Source of the DNA: the human T2T-CHM13v2.0 reference genome, Homo sapiens | Assembly: GCF_009914755.1 (NCBI RefSeq) | Contig: NC_060932.1 | DNA: 64,000 bases | Strand: one strand, 5' to 3' | Shown: positions 1 to 15,910 of the stretch, piece by piece | Numbering within the stretch: the first letter of the stretch is position 1 | Layout: every line of letters starts with the position of its first letter | Program-made: the position numbers and the translations under genes | Notes under the pieces: model-generated | Told to the model about the DNA's origin: nothing | Databases searched by the model: none | The model's input: only the letters and a program-made list of their open reading frames with translations

Positions 1-305
1 AAAACTCATTGGAGTTTTTTGGCAGGATTTTTAAGCAGTGGCATTTGCTTATTACAAACACTTCTGATCGTCGGGCCTGGAGGGTTGACAGGGAATGAAA
101 GAACACATCTAGTATTCTTAGAGTAGATTTACTGGCAACATTTGGCCCTGTACACTTTTTCTTTTTTATAATTTATCACAATAGAGAATGATTTTGTAAA
201 TGACAATGGCAGGATGGATTTCAAAAGTTCTAACCCCTTACACACTGGTAATCAAAAGATGTAGGTAGAAAAATCGTACCATCAGAAGTAAAATTTTCCC
301 CACAG

Positions 306-389
306 TGAGACTGTACCTTAACATCCTGAATGCTGTCATTTTTGTATTGCCCTATGAGTCGATCCGCTCATCTTTTCCCCATTCAAGAG
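306..389 (+). pseudogene. Pseudo-exon candidate (N-terminal Cys-rich region)
   Basis: Acceptor ttttccccacAG (304-305) and donor GAG|GTGAGT (390). 328-360 reads ECCHFCIAL*V, resembling VWDE DCCLFQIPVSV. Confidence 0.4.
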
Positions 390-1059
390 GTGAGTTTGTT
401 CATCTCTGTGGCCTCTGTTTGGGCATACTATTCACCTGGAGTGCAGTGTGTTTATATAGACAGGTGCCTGCAAAGCACAAAGAAGAGTCTCCGTTTTTGG
501 ACTTTGTTATCGAAGTCAACAGGTCCTGAGTTTACTCTCTGTAGAGTTTACCATCTACATTGTCAGAAAAATTCCATGGGGAACTAAGCCCATGAGCACA
601 TCAGAGAGGAAGTTAGGAAGGTGCGGAGGATAGTGGGGCTTCTAATAAGGGAAAGGTTTTTTGGCATAAGAAAGGAATTACACGTTTAATGAACACTATG
701 AGCTAAATTCCTGTCCTTCAGATTGTCTCTAACTGGAAAACCAAGAAACATTACTATGCTAGAACTGTTTTTTTATCACAGAGAAAACACATAGAGTAGG
801 CTTCGAAATAAATTCAGGATTATTTCCAACTTGAAGGGTTTCTCCAATTATTCCAAATTTTAGGTGTCATAGGACCAGAGGTCAAGGAGATAGGCATGTT
901 AGATATCAGCTTTTTTCTACTTTTATTCACTTAGAGCCCCAGAGGCAGAAGGGAAACTACGAGAAGTTTCATTCATGATTTTTATTTATTGAAAAGTAAA
1001 GCTTATGCTTTTATGTCTGATCCCACACAAATTGCCTCCTACATATCATTTCTAATCAT

Positions 1060-1190
1060 CTAAAACCAAGGAAGATCATGGATCAACCACTTTGGTTTTA
1101 CAGGTGAGGAAACTGAGACAGGGGCTTCCTTCTAGTTGTGACTTACTGATCGAGGTGGGATTGGTACCTAAATCCTGAACCTAAAGTTGA
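1060..1190 (-). mobile_element. MIR fragment
   Basis: MIR core ttttacaggtgaggaaactgagaca. Confidence 0.6.
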
Positions 1191-1223
1191 CCCACAACCC
1201 CTCTGATTTCCTTTCACCTCCAG

Positions 1224-1390
1224 CCAGGATTTCTTTCTGGCCCATTGTATTCATCTCACATCCCACAGACCCATCTGGCCTATCGATAAAAGGAAAGCTA
1301 GAATTCAACAGAAGACCCCTCTCCCCATTTGAGGTCCAATGGACCATTCCAGTGCGCCATGAATTTTTAACTTCTGCCCAGATTTTCAAG
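1224..1390 (+). pseudogene. Pseudo-exon, Ig-like segment
   Basis: Acceptor ctttcacctccAG and donor AAG|GTAAAC; frame open. ISFWPIVFISHPTDPSGLSIKGKLEFNRRPLSPFEVQWT resembles VWDE RPEVLVELIESRLFCRCSF...GFHIAWS. Confidence 0.6.
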
Positions 1391-1755
1391 GTAAACACAT
1401 CCCTTTCTCTCCTTCTGTGTAACTGTGTTGTCTGTCTTTCCCGAAGGATTCTAAACAAGATGAAGATTGAAGGCAAAGTCTTTGTGTTTCCAAGCTCCTG
1501 GTTCATACTGGAACTCAGTAATATGTGTGGAATATACACATGAAAACTAAAAATGAAGTATGTGTAGAGAAAGAGTGGATTCATTGAGGAAATGTTGACA
1601 AAAAGACAAGGGGAGTTTTGGTGGGGGTAAGACATATTGAGCTTAAGATTTAGGAATGTAAAGAAGAGGGAGCTTCTTATAATGGCTCACTGTTGTCTTT
1701 AGGGCATCATGAGGTGAAAGGCACTGCATATATGACCCACAACATAAAACCAGAG

Positions 1756-1878
1756 CCAGGGAGGTACTCACAGTGGTGCACACCTTTAATCCCAGCTACT
1801 TGGGAGGCTCAGGTGGAAAGACGGCTTGAGCTCAGAGGTTTGAGACTAGCCTGAGCAACATAGTGAGACACTATCTCT
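1756..1878 (+). mobile_element. FLAM-type Alu monomer followed by a CT-rich tract
   Basis: cacctttaatcccagctacttgggaggctc...gagactagcctgagcaacatagtgagac. Confidence 0.75.
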
Positions 1879-1959
1879 CCTCTCCTCTTTTCCTCTCCTC
1901 TCCTCTTCTCTCTCTTTGGGGTTCACCAGCCCTCCCTCCCATCTTCTACACCCTTGCAG

Positions 1960-2066
1960 ATAACACAAAGATTGAACAACTCTGCCACATCTTCCTGGTG
2001 TCCTTGAGAGAGTTGGGATTGTCAGCAAACTCTCATTCTGCCAATAACACCCTGTCCATTGTCTCT
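1960..2066 (+). pseudogene. Splice-site-bounded exon candidate within the pseudogene
   Basis: Pyrimidine tract plus cccttgcAG and TCT|GTAAGG; no clear homology recognised. Confidence 0.35.
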
Positions 2067-2624
2067 GTAAGGCTGATAATGGGTTCCAGACAGGACTTGA
2101 ATCTGCAAAAATAAATTCCTTCATGTTACTCCTTACAAAGACCTGCCCCGTGTTCTGCGGAGTGGAAGAAAAGGTGCTGAGTCCCATGTTCACTCCCAAC
2201 CCTTCTTGTTTTATTACCAGCACTCCTCCCCTTTAGCTGGAAAGCTGTTTAGCCTGTGGGTGAGAGGAAAAGGTTGGGAAATGGGTTAAGGGAGTGTGGA
2301 TGTGCTAGCAGTTCACCTTCAGGTGTGTGTGTGTGTGTGTCTGTGTGTGTGCATGTTACGACTAAGAAATGGCCCACCACAATTTGAGAATGCGAGTTAA
2401 GAATTTGGTATTTTTGTCCTCCATCCTGACCTGAGAATTGCCCCTTCTCCAAGCCCAAAGAAATTAATCATAGAAGAAAGCATATGGTGACCAATAATTT
2501 GAATTATTATTGTGCCCAATCTGAATGGCCTCCCTGAAAGTCAGCTCTGGAAATTCCTACTTAGTATATCCATGTTCTCTCCTTTTCCTGATCCACATGC
2601 TTCTCTCCAAATTTTATTTCCCAG

Positions 2625-3163
2625 GTCATGGGCTTATTCTGCCTCATGAATGTGGATTAGCTGGTTCCAAACAGGAAAAATGATTGGGAAATTCCACCTA
2701 CAGCTACTAGCGTGTGCCTGCTCAGTTCCCGAGTCAAACTGGCTAACATACATTTATAAAGGGAGAGACATGGGGAAAGAAAATTAGGAGACAGGCAATG
2801 GACAGAATCAGAAGGTTTTGAAATAAGGCTAATATATGGTAAAAGATAATGTTAAATAGATTGAATGGGATCAAATTATGGATGACTTTGAAGAACCATG
2901 TTTTATTTTTGAGACATAATATAGCAGGCAATGGAACCTATGGTAGGTTTGCAGAAGAGAAGTGATGTGATGAAAATGAATTTTTAGGGCTCTCAGTTCA
3001 AAGTTCAATTGGAAGGGAAATGCCCAGAGACGTCAACTTTCCAGGTGATTTTATCTGTTGCTGTTTGTCATTGGTCAAAATACTGCTTCATGACTTGAAG
3101 CACACTTCAGCAAATCTTTATACCAGAAACCTGAACAAAAGTTTCCTAATTCGCCCATTGTGG
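2625..3163 (+). pseudogene. Pseudo-exon pieces 2625-2730 and 2988-3163 (second Ig-like segment) separated by an L2-like relic
   Basis: Acceptor ttttatttcccAG; MWISWFQTGK; PRDVNFPGDFICC vs VWDE DGINLRLGDRIFC; donor TGG|GTAATA. Confidence 0.5.
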
Positions 3164-3256
3164 GTAATAATTTATAATAGATAGGTAGAAAATAATGTTA
3201 ACAATCTGTCTTCATAGGAAAGACTAAGCTAATATATAAAACTAACCATGGTTTGA

Positions 3257-3525
<269 letters not shown>

Positions 3526-3691
3526 TGGTTAATATTACCCTTATTTATGGGATGGTTATCCTCCTAAATTAATGAGAGGTCATTTTCATTTCGTATTTCC
3601 TATGCCAACTCACAAACATATTTGTAGCTTCACCCATCCTGGCAACATGACTCCCATTACAACAAAAAAGCTGTTTCTCCTTTTATTTAAG

Positions 3692-3871
3692 ATCAATCCA
3701 TCTGAATATAGTGAAAGAGACTGTTGACCCGACATAGACAATCTGCAATGTTGAAAGCCCATTTGAAGTCATTATCAAAAATGGATTATGAAACCAACAA
3801 ATCTTGTTGTATGACATTCTCCAAAAGTGCTCTCCTATTCAGATGCAAGTGCAGGAAAACATGCATACAGG
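3692..3871 (+). pseudogene. Pseudo-exon
   Basis: Acceptor tttctccttttatttaAG. LNIVKETVDPT*TICNVESPFEVII...QKCSPIQMQV vs VWDE [22 protein letters not shown]...QECKISLKL; two in-frame stops. Confidence 0.6.
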
Positions 3872-3879
3872 GTTAATAT

Positions 3880-4340
3880 TCAGTTGAGTTTTGCCAGAGA
3901 GGTGAACCAAAATGTTAGATGTGGGTGGGGATTAAATGTATTGAATGTGGCAGAGAGAGAAGATTGGAAGAAAATAGACAATATGTGGATTGAAGGTTCA
4001 GATGAGGTCAAAGAATTATCGGAGTAAGGAAAGCTGAATAAGTTCACTGGAGCGAGTAGAGGCTGTGATGATAGGGTAGGATATGTGAATTAATGAGCTG
4101 GTAGGTGAAAATGTTTTTTCTCCTACTTAAGATGAGTGGCTTGTGTATGGGAGCCACTGGCTCAGGTACAGAGGAGGAGATGGTGACAGGAGAAGATGAA
4201 GAGGTCCCAAATGAAGAGGCCATGCCATTAGCTGTTCCATCCATGTGAATACCAGAGCCAGTCGGGATGATAGCAGTGATTGAGATGGAAAGAAGGCCTG
4301 TCATACAGATGCCAATGTTTTAAATAAGTAAGGGAAACTG
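3880..4340 (-). mobile_element. L2 fragment
   Basis: Purine-rich diverged sequence typical of antisense L2 ORF2 relics. Confidence 0.45.
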
Positions 4341-5023
4341 AACTACAAGCATCATTTAAATATCCCAAAGCTTGCCTTTGAGTCTACTTTCTTTGAAGTT
4401 CCCGGGATTCCAAAAGAATATTTTATTTATTATGATTTATTTATTTAATTTATTTAATTAAACTGAGACCATTTTAATTCTTAATTTAGTAAATGCCAAG
4501 TTTTCATAAGTGCTATACTATTTAGTCTAGATACATCTACGCTCTAGAAGAGACTACCAAGATGGAAATTAGAAAATTTCTTTTTCAAGACAAGTTCTAT
4601 CTACAGAATGGCCAATATTCTAAATAAGACCACCCGTTATTAATCTTAAAAAAAAACACTCTCTTCTAACACATCAATCACTTTACCACCCTCACATCCA
4701 AAGGTGCTGGAGGCATTGTTTTCTTAGCAAAGGCTTTCTACCTAAAAACCTAACTATGGAGGAAACAAACTCAAGAGATATCTACAAATCCTGAGTAAAG
4801 CAGTATTGATATAAATGTGGGATGGAATTAATGCAATCCCTGCCTTAGGGATTAAATGGGAGAGTGTAAAAGAGAGGAAATCCAAAATGTTTAAATTCTG
4901 AGGTGTTGGCCATCAATTATGAATGGGTTCTTATGATTAAGTAAAACAATGTTGATCCTAATGCTAAGAATATCGGGTATGTTCTTCGTACATCTAGTTC
5001 TAATCTAACTCTGTCTAATTTAG

Positions 5024-5190
5024 AATCACAAATAAATTCTCTCAAATATATTTGAGGTTATCATAAAACCCGCAGAACTCATTTGCAGCTCATGGCTGAA
5101 CTAGAGAAAGATGATATTTTCAATTTTGGATAATTTTACAAGAAGCAGAGCAGAGGAAAGATTCTTTTGGAAATATTCACTCCTAATTAC
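5024..5190 (+). pseudogene. Pseudo-exon preceding the vWD domain
   Basis: Acceptor ctgtctaattTAG. Frameshifted pieces ILSNIFEVIIKP / HLQLMAELEKDD / ERFFWKY vs VWDE ALSSCHVDLL / FVYYTAVTDFSRDGD / EDFLWNNY. Confidence 0.5.
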
Positions 5191-5924
5191 TGTTATCTGA
5201 CCAAACAAAACTTAATACAGACCAAATGACACAAAATGTAAATGACTAGGACTCCAGTCCTGGGCTCTAAAGCAGCAAAGCCATTGGCTTCCTAGTAAGG
5301 AGCTGATAAATGTGTGTGCCAAACCTAAACTGTCATCATCTTTTCCTATTCACCAGATACTGATGAGTGTATATCTCTGGTGTCCCTTATTCCTGTCTTT
5401 AAAAAAAATGCTTCCTTAAAATATTCAAAGTGTGTAATTTACTTTCTAAAATTATAATGGCATTCTAATTTGGTACAAATTTTTCTAGGGTTCTTACATT
5501 ATAAAAATTGAGAAAATGAGACATAGTTATTTCAACAAAACTGACTGAATACTGCCAAGTGGTTTCAAACCTTGGTGGACGAAAAGGCCCTAGAACTAGT
5601 TACGGCTTGAAGTAAGAGATCAAAATATCAAAGTAAATGAAAGACTTCTCCAAACAGTTATCAAATGCTTCTTAAGAATAGATAATGACACCTTTCATGT
5701 CTTTATATTTAAGTAGAGGGAAAGATAAAATAAAAACACCTAGCATTTAACAGAAAGTAAATACATATGCAATTAAAGAAGTCATTAGTACTAGAATGGT
5801 AAAGTGTCGTTACGGAAAATATGACATACTTCTAAAATTGAGAGAGAATAAAGATTTGGAAAGAAAAATAAATTTTACAATTCTGCATCATGCCTCTGTT
5901 AGCTGAATTTTTTGCTTTTTTTAG

Positions 5925-6011
5925 TTGATCTTTCTCCTTCTGGGCAGATAGAAGCTTACATCATACATCCATATATAAACATGCAAATTCAGACACAAGA
6001 CATTTGGCTAG
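5925..6011 (+). pseudogene. Pseudo-exon, start of vWD domain (87 nt, phase 1-1, open)
   Basis: Long T-rich pyrimidine tract ending in AG at 5923-5924 and donor TAG|GTAAGT. DLSPSGQIEAYIIHPYINMQIQTQDIWLG vs VWDE [29 protein letters not shown]. Confidence 0.65.
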
Positions 6012-6191
6012 GTAAGTTACAGTATGCTGTATTTAATTAATTTATTTTGGAAGGTTCCCAAATAATGCAAAGTAAAGAAAGAGACTGTTGGAATGATTAT
6101 TTTGTGAAAAATCAATTTATATTTTTAATCCACGTTTTAATTTTAATTCTGCCACAATCACAAGGAAAAAAATATTTGAAAATGTCTTTGA

Positions 6192-6527
6192 GGCTGGACG
6201 CAGTGGCTCATGCCTGTAATCCCAATACTTTGGGAGGCGGAGGTGGGCAGATCACTTGAGGCAAGGAGTTCAAGACCAACCTGGCCAATATGGCAAAACC
6301 TTGTCTCTATTAAAAATACAGAAGTTAGCCAGGCTAATGGTTGCACATGCCTGTAATCCCAGCTACTCAGGAGGCTGAGGCACAAGAATGGCTTGAAATG
6401 GGGAGGTGGAGGGCGCAGTGAGCCAAGATCGCGCCACTGCACTCCAGCCTGGGCAACAGAGCTAGACTCTGTCTCAAAAAAAAAAAAAAAGAAAAAGAAA
6501 AAGAAAAGAAAAGGAAAGGAAACGAAA
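6192..6527 (+). mobile_element. AluS
   Basis: Full dimer; 14-bp TSD gaaaatgtctttga at 6178-6191 and 6528-6541. Confidence 0.95.
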
Positions 6528-6572
6528 GAAAATGTCTTTGAATCTTTAACTACAAAGTGAAGTTTTGCTAAG

Positions 6573-7474
6573 GTTATCATTTTCATATAACTAAAGAAGA
6601 TAAATACCAGAGTGAAATAACTTTGAAAAACTATTATTCAGTCTGGGATTTGACTTCATCCAACTTAAAAACTAATAAATCTACTAAATAGAATGTAACT
6701 GTTTCATGGATGCAAACAGAAGACACAAGACCCCAGGATCAGAGACCAAGGTCTTATTTGCTCATGGCAAATAACCCCAACTACAGCAAGCAAAATGAGC
6801 ATTATAACATTTGTGTCAGTTCTCCTTACCCACATGTCCCATAGAAGTGATGGTGTATGACCCACGTGGATGCTACAAACACAGTGAATTTGCACTGTAG
6901 TTGAGGAACACTGAGTTTAGGATCCCCACTGCTATTAAAGCAAGCACTAAGCAAACACATTCTTTGTCTAGAAGAAGAAACTACCTCATCTCTCAAATGT
7001 ATCCACTGCATAAATAACTCTGAGAAGTGGCTCAGGTAAAAGGATGTTCAGAGATTTGCAGTTTTGACACACCCAGCAAGACATGTGGAAGTACTGTATC
7101 TCCAAATGGTCATATGATTTGGTTATTGATCTCAGCTTTCATTTTCTTCTTACAGAAGTTCCTCAGGGACGATCCAGTGGTTCGCCTATACCAAATGTAT
7201 TGAAACAGAATGTACAAGCTGACAAAAAAAGAATAAATGCATAAGAGATATACATGGATAAACTTTGTTTCTCTCTTATTTTCTTATGATAAATTTTGAA
7301 GTCAGTAACTTAGCCGTATTTAAAACTAGTGATAAATCACGTATATTTGGGAATTGTAAAATTTGTCATTTATGAGATCTAGTGAGGTGAACTACTTCTT
7401 TCAAATGCTATATACTAACTGGATTCTATGGGAAGATGAATGCCTTAATCAGAACAATATATTCAATTATTTAG
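6573..7474 (+). pseudogene. vWD-domain pseudo-exon interrupted by an LTR40
   Basis: Phase-1 acceptor at 6571-6572. [19 protein letters not shown] vs GTFVLYKSMSRDFEVHVR; after the LTR, YDLVIDLS vs GDIVTFDMC, SDKSRIFGNC vs VDYRNTLGLC, NQNNIFNYL vs DQNFNNYV. Donor TAG|GTAACC. Confidence 0.65.
6694..7095 (-). mobile_element. LTR40-family (ERVL) LTR
   Basis: Reverse complement contains ctaaactcagtgttcctc and tctctgatcctggggtcttgtgtcttctg...catccatgaaac, matching LTR40. Confidence 0.7.
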
Positions 7475-7604
7475 GTAACCTAGCATATAACTTTACAGTT
7501 TTTCTTTAAAAAATGTTTCCTTAAAATTATCTAAGTCTATAATTTACTTCCTAAAATTGTAAAGGCAATTTTAAATATAATAAAATGTAAGATGATGCTA
7601 TTTC

Positions 7605-11290
<3,686 letters not shown>

Positions 11291-11301
11291 TAGATATTTG
11301 G

Positions 11302-11615
11302 GGCCAGGCACGGTGGCTCATCCCTGTAATCCCAGCACTTTGGGAGCCCAGGGGACACAGACTGCTTGAGCCCAGGAGTTCAAGACCAGCCTGGGCAACA
11401 TGACAAAACCCCATTTCTACAATAAATGAAAATGCAATAATTAGACAGGTATGGTGGTGCATGCCTGTAGTCCCAGCTACTCAGGAGGCTGAGGCAGGAG
11501 GATAGCTTGAGCCTGGGAGGTTGAGCCTGCTGTGTGTTGTGATTCCACCACTGCACTCTAGCCTGGGCGACAAGAGTGAGACACCGTCTCAATAAAAAAA
11601 AAATTAAAAATAAAT
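11302..11615 (+). mobile_element. AluJ
   Basis: Full dimer; imperfect TSD aaaaataga(t/g)attt. Confidence 0.9.
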
Positions 11616-12399
11616 AAAAATAGAGATTTTGCAAAAAGGCAAGCATACTATTAAAATGATGCTACCTCTTATTAAAAGTAGATATCTTTAAATGTAAAGA
11701 AGACAATAAAAATGATGCTTGTATGGAAACTTTACTTGGTTATCAAACTCCAAGGATTCTGTTTTCAACATACTAAGAATGAATTAATTATACTGATAAA
11801 AAAATTTTACTTTATGTTCTAATACTTCTCAGTATTAATGGTTTAAGTAGCCAAAGGTATAAATAATTAAGAGACCTTATTTAAAGGTGCCTCTTTTTAT
11901 CCAACAGTGCATTTTAAGTAAATTTAGATAATGTAAAAAGTGGTAATACGAAGAAATTAAAAGTTCGGTCTACATGGTTAAATTGAAGATGCCAAATATG
12001 AACCTGAACCTCCTCCAGTATTATTAATCCATTCCATCACCCCCTAAACTTTTTTTTCCTTTCTGCCCCTGCCCATTTTATATATTTTTTTTACTTCTGT
12101 TCTTTCACCCATCCTCTTCCATTTTCTTCTGTATTGTTTCTTTTCTCATCTCTCTTTGCCTCCATATTTTACTCGTTGTCGCTCCCTCTGTTTAATTCTT
12201 CTATCAGAAAAAAAATAATTAAATTCAATAGGAGTTGGGTTTTTTCCAGAAAGAGAAATATTAAAAGTTTGGTTCATCTTTCAAACTAAAAAAAAAAAAA
12301 AAAGCATAAAATTCTAAACCTAGCAATGATAAAATATAGATTTCAACAGGGATAGAAGAAGCAAAAACATTCAGACAGAGATCAAGAGACTTATAAAGA

Positions 12400-12540
12400 G
12401 AAAAAATTAAGAAGAACAGCAGGCAAGAAGGACAGAAAGGAGGGAGAGAGGAATGGAAAGGGAGGGATCAGGAGATCAGGAGGGAGAAGGGAGAAGAAGG
12501 GGGAAGAGAAAGAGGAAAGAGGGAGAGAAGACAGGTAAAG
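12400..12540 (+). repeat. GA-rich low-complexity tract
   Basis: Nearly pure purine run. Confidence 0.6.
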
Positions 12541-12930
12541 ATCATGGAGAAAACTCAGTAGGTTTAGTTACTAATGTCAATGTCTAATTGCTGAGATACC
12601 CTTTGCAAATTAACTTAGCTGTCCCATTCAGAACTTCCCTTTCTAATGGTTGTGGCAAAGTCCTCTAGAAGTTACTAGGCTGCCCTGCCTTTGTATTTTG
12701 AAAGATTATAGTTGTCTCATTTTACAGCATGTCAAAACAAAGTTTGGTATTAATATTGATTTATTTTTCTGAGTCATTTTTGCAATGATCCAGATTGTGC
12801 TTTTTCTGATTTTGTTTGTTATTGAGGGAGGAGCGTTTATTTCATCTAATGTGTATCTTTAAAAGTTTTCACTCATACACAAAAGCACAAATCATTGCAG
12901 TCCTTTGCATACTTTTAAAATAAATTTCAG

Positions 12931-13410
12931 AAGCTCTTTTTCCAAATGGAACAAACCACCTGGGATTGAAAGGAGACCATGATCCTTGGGTTGGAAAACA
13001 CTTAATCTTGATGTCATATGTAATGAAAATAAGCTCAAAGCAAACGTTGATCTCCTTGGCAAAAATTCCCCCATGTCCTGTGATCCATAGGTCTCAACTT
13101 GGTGACAATCATGACAATGCAGTGGGGGAAGAGCAGGACAGAATGGAGGAAATGTGGTAATAATATAATTCATCTCCTCCTTAACCTGTGATGGAGTTCC
13201 TGCCCTTGGTGAAAATTTCTTTGACAATAGTATCATCATCAAAACCAAGCGCAAAAAGAGAGCATGAAGCTCAAGAAAAATACTGCATTAAACAACATTT
13301 TCTTACCCAAGAATGAACCCCCCACAAGTCAGAAGTACGAGAATTTTGTTAGCAATTTACATTATCTGCAAAACCAGACGCAAAGTAACCATCAGTACCA
13401 TTATCCGAAG
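12931..13410 (+). pseudogene. Pseudo-exon, end of vWD and linker with a basic (furin-like) site
   Basis: Acceptor aaatttcAG and donor AAG|GTAATA. FSKWNKPPG vs FINEWRILPG; KTKRKKRA near the position of VWDE RWKR; ends HQYHYPK vs TYFFPE. Confidence 0.6.
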
Positions 13411-13926
13411 GTAATAGTTCTAGATCATTTGCAGGTGGGGCATTAAGTCTATGGATTATAAGATTGTAATATTAGACTGGTATTAAATCATCTCTGCACA
13501 GTTGAAATGATAGTTATTACTAGGACAGCTGAAAAGAGAAAACAGTTTAGTAGGTTTTGAAGGGCAGATAATTGACTAGAAAAAGGATAAGGCATCTAAG
13601 GATGAGCTTAAAATAATGCAATTGAAACACACCTGACCAGCAGTCTACCACTATTTAGACACAAAATCTACATTTACATTGCCTGAAGCTATCCAAGAAT
13701 AACTAAATCCTTAATTAGTGGGATATTGGCCATAGAGGCCTAATACATTTTTGCATTTGCCATTCAACCACCTTAACATTAAAGTAGGTATCTTCCAAAA
13801 GGTCTTACACAATTTTTCAAAAGTCATATGTAATTGGTATTTTTTGCTTACATGAAACCATGGATGTTACATTGCAACTTACGAGAAGCATTTACAAAAA
13901 AAAAAAATGAATGAAGAATCTTCTAG

Positions 13927-14840
13927 TTAACAGAGTTTTTCCAGTCCTCACCCTATAAGCCAGAAGTAACCTTGATGCAGGGCAGGTGAGCTTCAAAGTG
14001 GGGCCTAGCCTGCAAGGGTTCTTGGCTTCGCCCAGTGAAGAATTCAAGGGTGAGCCAGTGGTAGGGTAGAAGAAAACAGCTTTATTGAAGTGGCAGAGTC
14101 CAGCGGTGTTACGGCTCCGTGACTGCTCTTGCTGAGCAAGGCTACCCCATAGGCAGGGTGCTGACAGTAGCAGCTCAGGGCAGCTTTGCAGTCATATTTA
14201 TACCTACTTTTAATTACATGTAGATTAAGGGGAAGTTTATGCAGAAATTTGGGTTGTCAGGTCATTGCCATGGAAACGGGTTGTAATGCCTGGGTGTTGC
14301 CATGGCAATGGTAAACTGACATGGCACACTGGTGGTTGTGTCTTATAGAAAGCTGCTTCTGTCTCATCTTTCTTAGTCCTCAATTTGATCCAGTGTCTGA
14401 GCCCTGCCTTCAGAGTCAAGTCCCAACTCCTACCTCAATCTGACAGATGCCATCAGGATTGCAATCCCCAAAAAATAGAATCCTATGCTTGGTCAAATGA
14501 AAATGTGTTCGGCAGTATCTTGCTAAATTGCAATGTCATGAGAACTTCACTTTCTGTAATGGCCAGTTTTTATTGAATAGTGACTTTTTCCACATTTTAG
14601 TATGATTTTTTGATGTCTATTTGTGAAGGAATAAAAGTCCCTATGATGCCCCACTAATTTGCTGGCATCCTTATGACACCAATATTGCATTTCATAATGT
14701 CAGTCCTCAAGAGTTTCTGAATTGTCTTCTTCCTTCCCTCTTGACTTTTCTAATGCATAATTCTGGTTCTCATATTTTTATAACCACTCCTGCACATCTT
14801 TCACTAGTTTCTTTTTCTTTTCCTGTGGACAGCTCAAGAC
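13927..14840 (+). pseudogene. Pseudo-exon (WPTPSGL region to first EGF-like module) interrupted by a MER66 LTR
   Basis: Removing the LTR and one TSD restores PEVT*QMPSGLQSPKNRILC. Then CNGQFLLNSD vs CVKDVLLKDD, FLMSICE vs LLENECE, and CTSFTSFFFFSC (14791-14826) vs CACSPSFSSYDC. Confidence 0.75.
13973..14437 (-). mobile_element. MER66(B)-type ERV1 solo LTR
   Basis: TG...CA termini; 4-bp TSD acct/atct; reverse complement begins TGAGGTAGGAGTTGGGACTTGACTC. Confidence 0.8.
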
Positions 14841-15129
14841 TACAGCACAATGTCTCATATGGTCAGCAGCTAAGAAACTAAGATGGAAGAAAAATATGAA
14901 AGGTAACAGATCAAGTCATTAGTCCATAACTAATGGAAATCAAGGAGTTGTAGATTATGGAGGTCAGAATAAGAACCATGATCCTCAACTTGAGAGTTTA
15001 GCAAGACTTGAAAAAGGAAGGCAAAACAGGTAGTCAAAGTAACAAAGAGATAGAAATGATGTTATAAAAGTGAAGTTATTTGAATAGGTAATGAATGTAG
15101 ATTGAGGAGCAAAGGACTTTTCTGACAAA

Positions 15130-15910
15130 TTCAAAGCCCTCTGTTCTCCTTATCTTATAGTCTCTTCTTTAATGAGCTCATCTATTTCCACAGTTTCAAT
15201 CCTTATCTCTAATCTATTTATAGTTACAGTTCTAGCCACTCACTTAAACTTAGTTCTTTATCTCCATTATCACACATTTCAACTGAATATGTCTGAATCT
15301 AACTTCATCATCTTTCTTCCTAAATCAGTCTCTAATACACAATTCCCTATTTTCAGGTCAGTGATACTAGAATTTTTATAAGACACCTGTACTACATCCT
15401 CTACGTTTAATCTGTCATAAATTTTATCAATTTTTCTTTCAAAATAGTTCTCATGTCTGACTTGCTTTGTCCGTTTCCACGCCCATCACCGCAGGGAGGC
15501 CTTCATTTCCTTACTTCCAGACAACTACATGGCCTCCTATTTGATGTCTCCAGCTCTGTCTGGTTTCACTTCCCATTCAAATCTGCACATAGCACAAGAC
15601 TGATCCTCAGAAAACATTACTTTAATTAGCCTCATGACTTGCTTGTCCAAGAAAAGCCCAATCATACTCAAAGCCTTCATCTATAATTCAATACACTCCA
15701 CAATTTGTGCAATTTTTATCTCTATTATTCTACCACATTTTGTCTTTTCCAGGAAAGCCTTGCTGTCCCCACTTAAACAATAATTATTTCTACCTTTCTT
15801 ATTTTGTCATGCTCCTACTTTAACCCAGATTCCTCTCTTTTTTTTCCTAACTTCCTCAAAGATATAAATCCTTCCAGTTTCAGCTCAAGACACATCTATT
15901 CTAGAAAGCC
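15130..15910 (+). mobile_element. L2 fragment
   Basis: tttcaactgaatatgtctgaatctaacttcatcatc; cagctcaagacacatctattctagaaagcc. Confidence 0.6.

Noticed and set aside
7154-7218. Minus-strand 65-nt exon (LYILFQYIWYRR...)
   Set aside because: Plausible splice sites but no partner exons, and it is antisense to the vWD pseudo-exon.
12892-13254. 120-aa minus-strand ORF
   Set aside because: Non-ATG start, no homology; shadow of the + strand pseudo-exon.
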